A program made the position numbers and the translations under genes. Below are positions 9,533 to 18,928 of a DNA stretch of 64,000 nucleotides, piece after piece. How positions within the stretch are numbered: the first letter of the stretch is position 1; each line of letters starts with the position of its first letter. The DNA lies in contig DAONFG010000013.1 of the NCBI GenBank assembly GCA_035403465.1, positions 1,830-65,829 on the forward strand. Direction: 5' to 3'. Below the pieces are notes generated by a model. That model was given only the letters and a program-made list of their open reading frames with translations, had not been told where the DNA came from and searched no databases. This DNA is from Spirochaetota bacterium. Lineage in GTDB: Bacteria; Spirochaetota; UBA4802; UBA5550.

Positions 9533-10588
9533 ATGGACGTTTATAATCCTGTCTTAAACATCAAATGGCCCATCCCGGGCGTAATCGGGATATCAGTCAT
9601 TCTGGGTCTTATATTTGCCATACTTGTTATTTATCTTATTCTCTATTATTTCAGGTTAAAGGACCAGGCCCGCATCCATAACTACCAGCTATTCCTTTTC
9701 CATGTAAAACGCAAAGGGCTTTCCAACTTCCAGATCAAGATACTGCGGAACATGTCGGCATACCTCAAACTTGCCAATCCCAAGGAACTTGTAGCCAGGG
9801 CAGCAATCTTTGAATCAGCCATGACCGACTTTATTGAATACATAAAAAAGCAGCCTGACGAGATGGAACATCTCACTGATATCATCCGTGACCTGGCAGT
9901 TATTCACAAAAAAATATTCAGGACAACGGAAAACCCCAAACAGTTTGAGGCGTTGCCCGACCTGGAAGACTCAGAGGTTATATACCTGACAGATGATGAA
10001 GGGAACACCTTCCCCGGCAAACTCGCGGGTAGAGGAAACGGTTTCATCGCCCTGGAGCTCTTTACACCGGTAAAAAACCTTAAAATCTATGAAACTGAAA
10101 AACCTGTGTCAGTTCATGTTCTTAAAATCAATGACGCCGAGTACAAGGTAAAAACTGTCACCAGGGGGATCGACATGAACCACCTGCTTGTACGGACCCC
10201 CGGTGAAATAACTAAAGAGAGGGAATTCCGCCATCCTTATATAAATGTTATGATTAACGCTTTTGTTACTGTTGAAAGACCCCAGGCAGAGGCAACACCG
10301 GTAAGTTCCGAAACAGCAGATACCTCAGTTACTCCTGAAAAAATTGAATGTACGATTGCCCAACTTAATGAATATGAATGTGTCCTGCGCTCTCCCGTGA
10401 TGCTCAGCTTCGACAGGCACTACCCGTTAAGCTTTGAACTGGATAACTTTAAGTTCATCACCATGTCACGCGTCATATCATCGAAGACTGTAGAAAAGGA
10501 GAGTGTTTACTACCTCACCATCAAGTTCATCGAAATGTCGGATTCCGGCAGGGCGGTTCTCAGGAAGTTTATTGCAGACAGCATGTAA
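9533..10588 (+). CDS. membrane protein with PilZ-like C-terminal region (degenerate motifs), putative
   Basis: There is a good RBS (GGAGGAtaaaATG) and an N-terminal TM helix. The segment KEREFRHPYINVMINAFVTV ... IAQLNEYECVLRS resembles the PilZ RxxxR / DxSxxG layout, but the key residues are changed. Confidence 0.35.
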   Translation: MDVYNPVLNIKWPIPGVIGISVILGLIFAILVIYLILYYFRLKDQARIHNYQLFLFHVKRKGLSNFQIKILRNMSAYLKLANPKELVARAAIFESAMTDFIEYIKKQPDEMEHLTDIIRDLAVIHKKIFRTTENPKQFEALPDLEDSEVIYLTDDEGNTFPGKLAGRGNGFIALELFTPVKNLKIYETEKPVSVHVLKINDAEYKVKTVTRGIDMNHLLVRTPGEITKEREFRHPYINVMINAFVTVERPQAEATPVSSETADTSVTPEKIECTIAQLNEYECVLRSPVMLSFDRHYPLSFELDNFKFITMSRVISSKTVEKESVYYLTIKFIEMSDSGRAVLRKFIADSM

Positions 10589-10749
10589 ATAAAGTTCATG
10601 CAGGGACAAGACCTGAGACAACATGAGTTATGATACAACCGGCGTAAAGATGAGCCGTTTTATCAGGTTTAACCGGGCATCCTTTGTTAGGATAATATTA
10701 TTCCCGAAGTTACCGGATCATCAATTAAACGTGACGGGTAACGAGAATT

Positions 10750-11511
10750 TCAGGATGCGGACATCATGTCGAATCTTGCGATTATCTCCTCTGTGAGGGC
10801 CATGTAGTCCTCTGCGCCGTTGCTGTCAGGCTTGTATTCAAATATGGTCTTGCCCCAGCTTGGAGCCTCCTGGAGCGCAACGTTCTCCCTGATGAATGTA
10901 CCGAAAAGCTTTCCGGGGAGACGCTTTTCGGTCTCCTCCATGACTTCGCGGTTGATCGACTTCTTGGGATTGTACATGGTGCCGATTATACCCGCGACCT
11001 CGACATTCCTGTTAATCCTCTTCTTGACCATCTGCACAGCCTCAAAAAGGTTATACATACCGTGGAATGGCAGGAACTGGGCCTGCAGCGGAACAAGTAT
11101 GTATTCACTGATGGCAAGGGCATTCAGCGTGAGCACACCGAGTGAAGGGGGGCAGTCTATTAGCACATAATCATATCCCGTAAGTCCTTCGAGCGCCTCC
11201 TTAAGGAGAAATTCCTTTGCAGGGATCGGCAGGAATTCAATGTTCTTCATTTCGGGATTCGCCGGGAAAAGGTCGATACCCTTGCGCTTGACTATAATAT
11301 CCTGGTAGCTAATTTCGCCCTTGAGCACATTGTATATGGACTCGACAACCTTGTTGGGGTTAATCCCGAAATGGTATGTAGCCTGCGCCTGGTGGTCCAT
11401 ATCAATAACCAGCACTTTCTTGCCTATAATCTGCAGCGCCGCGGCCACGTTTACCGTTGTTGTTGTCTTGCCGACACCGCCCTTGTTATTTGATATGGAT
11501 ATAATTTTCAT
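10750..11511 (-). CDS. ParA/Soj/MinD-family P-loop ATPase (orphan, no parB adjacent)
   Basis: It carries the deviant Walker A in MKIISISNNKGGVGKTTTTVNVAAAL, plus VLVIDMDHQ and LIDCPPSLG. I chose the start at ATG 11511 (the track gives 11532). Confidence 0.85.
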   Translation of the reverse strand: MKIISISNNKGGVGKTTTTVNVAAALQIIGKKVLVIDMDHQAQATYHFGINPNKVVESIYNVLKGEISYQDIIVKRKGIDLFPANPEMKNIEFLPIPAKEFLLKEALEGLTGYDYVLIDCPPSLGVLTLNALAISEYILVPLQAQFLPFHGMYNLFEAVQMVKKRINRNVEVAGIIGTMYNPKKSINREVMEETEKRLPGKLFGTFIRENVALQEAPSWGKTIFEYKPDSNGAEDYMALTEEIIARFDMMSAS

Positions 11512-11553
11512 GTTAACCCCTGGATTATTCATATTTCCGGAACTTCAGAACTT

Positions 11554-12063
11554 TTACTTAAGGTGTGAATGCGAATTCATGATCTCCACAAATTCCTCTA
11601 CCTGTTTCGCATCTATTATGCCGATCTTCTTTATGCTCTCGGGACTAAAGAGCGCGAAAACTCCTGTTGCAGATGCGCTCACCTCACCTTTTGAGTTTAT
11701 GATGCACCCCTTCATGACAACTTCGCGTTCACTGGTACGGGCATCTATTTCGGCTTCAGCCCTGAGGCGTTCGTGCATTAATGTTGGTTTATGATAGGTA
11801 ACGGTCATGGTCTTGGTCAGGATGAATTTCTCGGTAAGGAAGATAGCGCCCCAGGCCATGACCTCGTCGAGCATTGTTGACAGTATGCCGCCATGAACTA
11901 CGCCGTTCCAGCCCGCCATATAATCGGGCACATCCATTTCAGAGAATACAAGTTTATCGTTGCCGTGAAACTCCATACCCAGGCCCTTATGGTTTGCCGG
12001 TCCGCAGCCGAAACAGGTATTATGCGCCGTATTGGGAATTTTTATAAAATCAGCCCTGTTCAT
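11554..12063 (-). CDS. PaaI/hotdog-fold thioesterase
   Basis: The motifs CFGCGPANHKGLGMEF and VVHGGILSTMLDEVMAWGA are typical of PaaI-family thioesterases. I moved the start to ATG 12063 (MNRADF...). Confidence 0.75.
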   Translation of the reverse strand: MNRADFIKIPNTAHNTCFGCGPANHKGLGMEFHGNDKLVFSEMDVPDYMAGWNGVVHGGILSTMLDEVMAWGAIFLTEKFILTKTMTVTYHKPTLMHERLRAEAEIDARTSEREVVMKGCIINSKGEVSASATGVFALFSPESIKKIGIIDAKQVEEFVEIMNSHSHLK

Positions 12064-12334
12064 CCAGCTGTCCGTCCTGTAAACTTTTATTTCGAAAATA
12101 GAGCATGACGTCAACAGAAATCATGCAGAAATTGACCAGGTAGAGTATGATCACCCTGTCCCTGAGAAAAAATATTTTATGCAGAATACCCGCCACGTAG
12201 CCCGCAAGCACGATTATCAGGAAAAAAAGGCTTTTACCCTCTACTGAACGGGATTTCCAGCTTTTATATATAGAAACGGGCCATGCAGCACCGAAACAAA
12301 CAAGCATTATAATCTCAAAGATACTCATAATCAA
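12050..12334 (-). CDS. small 3-TM membrane protein, PQ-loop/SemiSWEET-like (tentative)
   Basis: 94 aa with three hydrophobic helices. The segment AWPVSIYKSWKSRSVEGKS resembles a PQ-loop motif followed by K-x-K-S..G.S. Confidence 0.4.
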   Translation of the reverse strand: MIMSIFEIIMLVCFGAAWPVSIYKSWKSRSVEGKSLFFLIIVLAGYVAGILHKIFFLRDRVIILYLVNFCMISVDVMLYFRNKSLQDGQLDEQG

Positions 12335-12516
12335 TCCTTATATGATCTGATAGATTTTCCAACCGGGAATTGCAAGCAATAAAAGCCCCGGAATGCATTT
12401 TATACCCTCATGTGGCCGTGTTTTTGACACCGGAAGTTTCCCAACAATATTGATTTTGTTGACAAATCTGTTAGCTTGTAATTTATATAATAAAAAATGA
12501 ACATGAGGTAATCCGG

Positions 12517-12858
12517 ATGAGTCTGCTTAGTGAAATGGGTGATTCTCTGATAAAATACGGTGAAATCCTGATCAGCAAGACCGAGGATTTTACCCGTACA
12601 GCAAGAATTAGAATAGAAATACGCAAAAAGGAAATAGAAATCAACAACATAAAAATCATAATTGCCGACCATGTCATAGCACAGACGCACAAAAAGGCTG
12701 CCATCGACGCGGAACTTGTCAATGCACGGATCAGCGCCATAAATTCACTCAACCTTGAAATAACAGGTCTCAAGGTCAGACTTGAGGAGCTGAAGAACCA
12801 AAGTAATGCGCCGGAATCGGATAAAAACGGCACTGAACCAGGGACATTAAAAGAGTAG
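12517..12858 (+). CDS. hypothetical coiled-coil protein
   Basis: 113 aa with heptad-like, charged sequence (IRIEIRKKEIEINNIK...LEITGLKVRLEELKNQ). It ends 2 nt before the rnr start. Confidence 0.5.
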   Translation: MSLLSEMGDSLIKYGEILISKTEDFTRTARIRIEIRKKEIEINNIKIIIADHVIAQTHKKAAIDAELVNARISAINSLNLEITGLKVRLEELKNQSNAPESDKNGTEPGTLKE

Positions 12859-12860
12859 CC

Positions 12861-14978
12861 ATGCCTGTATCATCAAAAATAATAATCAGCAATATAGAGA
12901 AACTCCCGGAGCTTTTTACAAAGGCGGACCTGCACAGGGTGCTTCAAAACAAAAGAGAAGAGAAGAAACCCGGGCGCAAACCGGGTTCTCAACGCAAACA
13001 GGCCACTAACCTTACATCAAAGGATATAGCCGTAATTGAAAACACTATACATGCCATGATACTGGCCGGCTTCCTGATCAAGGAGAAGGCAAAATTCCGC
13101 AAAATGAGCCTTGTGATTGAGGGGACCATATCGGTCAACCAGTCGCGGGATACAGTGATCAAATACAATGACCAGGAAATCCTGGTAAAGCGCGATGACC
13201 TGGCTTCAGCACAAAGGGGAGATTCGGTCTCGGCAAAGGTATTTGAACTTCGCAGGGGATTCTTCTGCGCCGAAATTTTAAAAGTTCATAAACGTAAAAA
13301 GGAATTTCACATTGCGCGGGTTACAGGTAAGTCAGGGTCAATAGCTACGCTTAAACTGCTCGATGTTCCCGGCGAGATTGAATCCTGTGCCAACATAAAG
13401 AAAATCAATGTTAATAAAAATGATTACGCAGTAGTTGCACTTACGGGCGGGTACCTTTCGGGAAAGTCCGAGTCGGTGATACAGGAGGTTTTCTCCGAAG
13501 ACAACGAAGACTATGACTTCATACGCATAAAGAACAGGCACTCGCTTCCCGATGACCAATCGTACTTTAATGAATCCGAGGATGATATCACAGTCCCCGA
13601 ATCCGAACTGAAAAACAGGAAGGACTACACAAAGCTTTTCACCGTGACCATTGACGGTGAAACCGCGAAGGACTTCGACGATGCCATCTCGATAAAAGCT
13701 TCGGGCAGAGGCACAAAGATATACGTTCACATCGCAGATGTTTCAGCATATGTAAAACCGGGTTCACGCATCGACATTGAGGCATATACCAGGGGTACAA
13801 GTTTCTACCTGGGGAACAGGGTAATCCCCATGCTGCCCGAAAAACTCTCCAATGACCTGTGCTCACTGCGCGAAGGAGTGCCCAGGTATACACTCACAGC
13901 AGAGATGAACTTTGACGCTAAGGGCAAACTTGTCAAGTTCGAGGCATTCAGGGGAATTATCAAGGTAAACAAGCGGCTGACATACACAAGGGCCGATGAG
14001 CTTATTTCCAGGAAGACGCTCGGCCAGCTGCCGCGTACTCTTCAGCAGATGTTCAGGTTCGCGAAGATGCTGAATGAAAAACGGACTGCCGACGGCAGGC
14101 TTGACCTGAACCTCACCGATGTTGAGGTGATATACGAAAAGAGCCATGTAAAAGAGATAAAATTTGCCACCAGGCTAAAGAGCCACATGCTTATCGAGGA
14201 ATTTATGCTCAGCGCTAATGAAGCGGTGTCAAGGGAACTTAAAGAAAAAGAGGTCCCCTCGCTCTACAGGGTACATGAAGAAATGAGCCCTGATAACATT
14301 GAATCGCTGAAAAAGTTCCTGACTGTACTGGGCCTTAAAATAGACCGCACACTCCCCATAGGACGCAGTGTACAGGAGATTTTGTACCGCGTGCAGGGAA
14401 AGCCCTATGAACAGGTCGTGAACCTGGTTGTACTCAAGTCAATGATGTCTGCCTATTACGGCATCGAACCGCTCGGGCACTTCGGGCTGGGATTCCTTGA
14501 CTACACCCACTTTACGTCTCCCATACGCCGCTACCCCGACCTCATTGTGCACAGGTGCCTGAAGAGCCTTATAGACAAAGCTGCACCTGTTTACAAAGTG
14601 GCGGAGCTTATAGAGATCGGCGAAAAATCCTCCGCCATGGAGCGCGTCGCTCAGAAAGCTGAACGCGACATGGTTAAAATGAAATCATGCCGCATAATGA
14701 AAAACAGGATAGGTGAAGTTTTTGATGTTGTCATAAGCGGTGTATCTAAATACGGCATGTATGTCTCGATAATCGAGATGCCCATCGAAGGGATGATTCC
14801 CCTGCGGAATATTTCCGATGATTATTACATCCTCCAGGAGGATGATTTTACTATAGTGGGCCGCAAGTATAACAAACGCTACAGGCTGGGCGACAAGATC
14901 AAGGCAAGGCTTTCGCTTGTTGATATTGACCTTCTCCGGATTGATTTTGAATTGTACAGCGGGTCGGGTAAAAAATGA
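12861..14978 (+). CDS. rnr: ribonuclease R
   Basis: RNB catalytic-domain motifs are present (TIDGETAKDFDDAIS, SFYLGNRVIPMLPEKLSNDLCSLR, FTSPIRRYPDLIVHR). A C-terminal S1 domain is also present (GEVFDVVISGVSKYGMYVS). Confidence 0.92.
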   Translation: MPVSSKIIISNIEKLPELFTKADLHRVLQNKREEKKPGRKPGSQRKQATNLTSKDIAVIENTIHAMILAGFLIKEKAKFRKMSLVIEGTISVNQSRDTVIKYNDQEILVKRDDLASAQRGDSVSAKVFELRRGFFCAEILKVHKRKKEFHIARVTGKSGSIATLKLLDVPGEIESCANIKKINVNKNDYAVVALTGGYLSGKSESVIQEVFSEDNEDYDFIRIKNRHSLPDDQSYFNESEDDITVPESELKNRKDYTKLFTVTIDGETAKDFDDAISIKASGRGTKIYVHIADVSAYVKPGSRIDIEAYTRGTSFYLGNRVIPMLPEKLSNDLCSLREGVPRYTLTAEMNFDAKGKLVKFEAFRGIIKVNKRLTYTRADELISRKTLGQLPRTLQQMFRFAKMLNEKRTADGRLDLNLTDVEVIYEKSHVKEIKFATRLKSHMLIEEFMLSANEAVSRELKEKEVPSLYRVHEEMSPDNIESLKKFLTVLGLKIDRTLPIGRSVQEILYRVQGKPYEQVVNLVVLKSMMSAYYGIEPLGHFGLGFLDYTHFTSPIRRYPDLIVHRCLKSLIDKAAPVYKVAELIEIGEKSSAMERVAQKAERDMVKMKSCRIMKNRIGEVFDVVISGVSKYGMYVSIIEMPIEGMIPLRNISDDYYILQEDDFTIVGRKYNKRYRLGDKIKARLSLVDIDLLRIDFELYSGSGKK

Positions 14979-15298
14979 AGTTTGTCCTTCACCACAACGA
15001 GAGCTTCCCGCCTCATTACGACCTTATCCTTGACACCGGCGGGACTGTTGAAATATTCAGGATACCTGAAGATTTCTTCTTTGATCTTGTAAGCGGGTCA
15101 CCGGTGGAATACGAAACAGTGACCGGTGCTGATAAAAACAGCGGGCCGGTGAACTGTGGAGAGGGAAAAGTTTCAGTTGAAGACTCAGGCGAGTATAGCA
15201 TTGAAAAGCCAGGTACCATGATACTGAAAGGCGTGAAGATCAGCGGCAAACTCATTGCTGATTCCGGCAGCAGGCATATTACGCTTATACCGGGCTGA
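14975..15298 (+). CDS. short LigD 3'-phosphoesterase-like (DNA polymerase ligase N-terminal domain) protein, putative
   Basis: MKFVLHHNESFPPHYDLILDTGGTVEIFRIPE resembles the FVIxxH....HYDLxLE..G.L..W start of the LigD PE domain. Its ATG overlaps the rnr stop (ATGA). Confidence 0.4.
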   Translation: MKFVLHHNESFPPHYDLILDTGGTVEIFRIPEDFFFDLVSGSPVEYETVTGADKNSGPVNCGEGKVSVEDSGEYSIEKPGTMILKGVKISGKLIADSGSRHITLIPG

Positions 15299-15338
15299 AA
15301 CCGGTCGGTCCATGATTATTTAAACAGCGGAGGCTTCT

Positions 15339-16385
15339 GTGAAAAAAGCGGCAATTGTCGGTGCTACAGGTTTTGGCGGACTTGGACTTATCGACATTCT
15401 AACCAGGCACCCTGAAATTGAAATCGTGTTCCTCTCTGCACTGGATCACGGAAGCAGGATTTCGGCAATGTTCCCGCACCTTGAGGGCATATGCGGGCTC
15501 GAGGTTATTCCCCCTGAAAAAATTGAAACTGACGGTATTGACATAGTATTCCTATCAACACCGGACCAGGCGGGAATGAAAATTGCCCGTAAATTTTACG
15601 ATAAAAAAATCCCGGTTATAGACTTCAGCGGCGACTTCAGGTTCGGATCAACTGATGACTACAGGGTCTATGCCGAGAACAAGGGGATGTCAGCAGTTCA
15701 TGATTCACCTGACCTGCTGCCGGCATCAGTCTACGGCCTCCCTGAAAAATATTATGACAGGATAGCCGGTGCCGGAATCATAGGCAATCCGGGATGTTTT
15801 GCCATGAGCATGATCCTGGGCCTGCTCCCGGTTGTTGAAGCCGGAATGATCAGTCCCGGTACCGTAATCTGCGACGGCAAGACAGGTGTTTCAGGCGCCG
15901 GGATCAACCCGGGAAAAGCCAACACCTACCCTGCCAGGTACGACAACACCAATACCTATAAAGAAGGAAAACACCAGCACCAGGTTGAGGTTGAAACCGT
16001 GCTTAATCATTTCGCATCAAAGGGAGAGTATAAAATAATGTTTGTGCCGCAGATAGTTCCAATGAACCGCGGCATATTGACAACCATATACTGCGATCCG
16101 GCATCTTCATGCGACACAAAAAACCTCATTGAACTATATACCGGGTATTACGGTAAATCACCTTTTATCCATGTCACTGACAAGTCACCTTCAACGGCAG
16201 AGGTCAGGGGAACAAACAGGTGCCTTATCTCTCCGCGCTATGATTCCAGGACCGGAAAGATACTCATAGTATCGGTTATCGACAACCTTATGAAGGGACA
16301 GTCAGGCAACGCTGTTCAGAACGCCAATATACGTCTTGGTTTTGACCAGGAAGCAGGTCTTGACCTGAATCCGTTTTACCCTTAA
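15339..16385 (+). CDS. argC: N-acetyl-gamma-glutamyl-phosphate reductase
   Basis: GTG start. The Rossmann motif is AIVGATGFGG, and the active-site motif is GNPGCFAMSMILGLLP (catalytic Cys). The C-terminus is NLMKGQSGNAVQNAN. Confidence 0.9.
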   Translation: MKKAAIVGATGFGGLGLIDILTRHPEIEIVFLSALDHGSRISAMFPHLEGICGLEVIPPEKIETDGIDIVFLSTPDQAGMKIARKFYDKKIPVIDFSGDFRFGSTDDYRVYAENKGMSAVHDSPDLLPASVYGLPEKYYDRIAGAGIIGNPGCFAMSMILGLLPVVEAGMISPGTVICDGKTGVSGAGINPGKANTYPARYDNTNTYKEGKHQHQVEVETVLNHFASKGEYKIMFVPQIVPMNRGILTTIYCDPASSCDTKNLIELYTGYYGKSPFIHVTDKSPSTAEVRGTNRCLISPRYDSRTGKILIVSVIDNLMKGQSGNAVQNANIRLGFDQEAGLDLNPFYP

Positions 16386-16427
16386 TTTCTGTTGACAATA
16401 AATAACAAGGGATGTTATCAGACTTTT

Positions 16428-18173
16428 ATGTCAAAAATAATCCAGAAAGGAATCATTGCTTCACCTGGCATCAAGATCGGCAAGGCTGTTGTCTACTATG
16501 GCGACGAGGTCAAGGTCCCTAAATATATTATCAGCGAGAATCAGCTTGACGCTGAAATACAGCGGTTTGAAGAGGCTATTGAACGCACCAAGCAGGAGAT
16601 CCTCGAGATCCAGCAGAAAATCAGCAATGACAACCTTAACGACATTGCCGACATATTCTCAACCCACCTCATGGCGCTTGAAGACCCGCTATTTATTGAT
16701 AAAGCACGTAAAAGGATCCGCAGGGAACTCAAGAATGCGGAATGGGTAATCAATGATATATCCATAGACCTTATAAATACCCTGGCAAAAATTGATGATG
16801 AGTATCTCCGCGAAAGGATCATTGATATATCAGACATCAACAAGCGTATAATCGGGAATTTACAGAAGAGAAAAAAGGTCAGCATGTCCGATATCAACGA
16901 GGACGCAATAATAATTGCACCCGACCTGACCCCTTCCGAAACCGCAACGCTTAACAGGAAATATGTACTTGCATTTGTAACAGCCCACGGCGGAAAAACT
17001 TCTCACACCGCCATCATGGCCAGATCTATGGACATACCAGCCATAGTGGGTGTAGATGAAATTACTTCGCATGTTAAAACAGGCGACATGCTGATTGTCG
17101 ACGCAATACACGGGAAGATAATCATCAATCCCTCAGATGCCGAGATCGAGGAGTACAACGGATACAAAAATGATATCATCGAGATTGAACATGAGCTGGC
17201 CAAAATCACCAGCCTCCCGTCCCAGACCCTTGATAACATTGAAATATTCCTCTACGGCAACCTTGAGATGCCTGTTGAAATGGATATTATCAAGACACAT
17301 GGAGCTCAGGGCATAGGCCTGTTCCGGTCTGAATTCCTGTTTCTGGAGAAGGGCCTTCCAGATGAAGCCGTGCAGTACATGCAGTACAAAAAGGTTGTAG
17401 AATACTTCTCTCCACACCCGGTCACCATAAGAACACTGGACTACGGCGGAGACAAACTTTCCTATTTCATGAAAAACTACAGGGAGCTTAATCCCTTCCT
17501 GGGATGCCGTTCTATACGCTTCAGTCTTAAACACACGGATATTTTCAGGACACAGCTGCGCGCAATACTAAGGTCCAGCGCTCATGGTAAAGTGAAAATA
17601 ATGTATCCCATGATCTCGACACTGGACGAGCTTCTTACGGCTAAAGAGATTACTTATGATGTGATGCACGAACTTGACAGCCAGGGCATAAAATACGACA
17701 AAAATGTTGAAATGGGAATCATGATCGAGGTTCCATCGGCAGTAATAACGGCGGATATTCTTGCGGAACATTCAGACTTCTTCTCAATCGGCACAAATGA
17801 CCTTGTACAGTACCTTCTTGCTGTTGACAGGGTAAACGAGAATGTGGCAGATCTTTACAATCCTCTTAACATCGCAGTTCTCAGGTACCTTAAGACTATA
17901 GCTTCGGTATCCACCGCAACAGGCACACCAGTCTCAATATGCGGCGAAATAGCAGGCGACCCCAAGTACACCATGCTTCTCTTGGGCCTGGGTTACAGGG
18001 AACTCTCGATGAGTACCAAGAACATGTACCAGGTAAAACGCATCATACGCTCTGTTACCGTTGAGGAATGCGAGGATTTTTCGCGTTCCCTGCTTTCAAT
18101 GAAAAAGACAGACGAGATCGAACAGACCGTCGACGCGATGATGAAACAGAAATTTCCGGATATCATTATCTGA
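16428..18173 (+). CDS. ptsI: phosphoenolpyruvate-protein phosphotransferase (PTS enzyme I)
   Basis: The motifs GIIASPGI, GGKTSHTAIMARSMDIPAIVG (phospho-His loop), GIGLFRSEFLF and FFSIGTNDLVQY match enzyme I. I moved the start to ATG 16428 (MSKIIQKG). Confidence 0.9.
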   Translation: MSKIIQKGIIASPGIKIGKAVVYYGDEVKVPKYIISENQLDAEIQRFEEAIERTKQEILEIQQKISNDNLNDIADIFSTHLMALEDPLFIDKARKRIRRELKNAEWVINDISIDLINTLAKIDDEYLRERIIDISDINKRIIGNLQKRKKVSMSDINEDAIIIAPDLTPSETATLNRKYVLAFVTAHGGKTSHTAIMARSMDIPAIVGVDEITSHVKTGDMLIVDAIHGKIIINPSDAEIEEYNGYKNDIIEIEHELAKITSLPSQTLDNIEIFLYGNLEMPVEMDIIKTHGAQGIGLFRSEFLFLEKGLPDEAVQYMQYKKVVEYFSPHPVTIRTLDYGGDKLSYFMKNYRELNPFLGCRSIRFSLKHTDIFRTQLRAILRSSAHGKVKIMYPMISTLDELLTAKEITYDVMHELDSQGIKYDKNVEMGIMIEVPSAVITADILAEHSDFFSIGTNDLVQYLLAVDRVNENVADLYNPLNIAVLRYLKTIASVSTATGTPVSICGEIAGDPKYTMLLLGLGYRELSMSTKNMYQVKRIIRSVTVEECEDFSRSLLSMKKTDEIEQTVDAMMKQKFPDIII

Positions 18174-18928
18174 TGAAGCTTTACAATGAACTCGCTGAAT
18201 ATTACTTCGCGATTGAATCCAACCACAGGGATATAACAAACGACATACAGTTCATCAGGAGCTGCGTAAGCGGCACCGAACAGCCTGAGCTCCTTGACCT
18301 TGGATGCGGCACCGGCGAACACCTGAATATGCTGAAAAAATTCGGGTTCAGGTCAACCGGTATCGACAACAGCCCGCGCATGCTCGAAATTGCAAAGGAA
18401 CGCTTCCCTTCCGGCATAAGGTTCCTGAACCGGAACTTCAAGAGCTTCGATTTCTACAACGAGTTCGACATCGTCACATCGATGTTCGGGTCAATGGTCT
18501 ACCTGATCCAGGACAGCGATGTGGATAATTTTTTCTGGAACACCTGGCGGGCCATGAAAGCGGATGCCACGGGAATCTTCGAGGTCTGGAACTCGATACC
18601 GATAAAAATTATCAGGAACAAGCCCATGTCCCTTGTTTCGACTACGCGTTACGGTGATGTACTGATTGAACGTGAAAGGGGTTTCAGGCTTACCGATGAT
18701 CCGAAGAAAACAATTACAGAGGTGAACTACAGGTACAGGGTGCATACGCAGAGGGGCCCCGTAACCTACGAGGACACCCACATAATGCGCTCCTTCACGC
18801 TTGCAGAGATACTGAAATTCCTTGAAAACAACGGGCTGAAGATGGTGAACGTCTTTGCCAATTCATCAAGGGAGCCCTATAACGAGAATTCCAACAAGAT
18901 GCTGGTAGTTTTCGAAAAGGAGAAGTAG
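18173..18928 (+). CDS. class I SAM-dependent methyltransferase
   Basis: Motif I is LLDLGCGTGEH, followed by GIDNSPRMLEIAKE. The ATG overlaps the ptsI stop (TGATG). The track's 18068 start lies inside ptsI, so I rejected it. Confidence 0.85.
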   Translation: MKLYNELAEYYFAIESNHRDITNDIQFIRSCVSGTEQPELLDLGCGTGEHLNMLKKFGFRSTGIDNSPRMLEIAKERFPSGIRFLNRNFKSFDFYNEFDIVTSMFGSMVYLIQDSDVDNFFWNTWRAMKADATGIFEVWNSIPIKIIRNKPMSLVSTTRYGDVLIERERGFRLTDDPKKTITEVNYRYRVHTQRGPVTYEDTHIMRSFTLAEILKFLENNGLKMVNVFANSSREPYNENSNKMLVVFEKEK

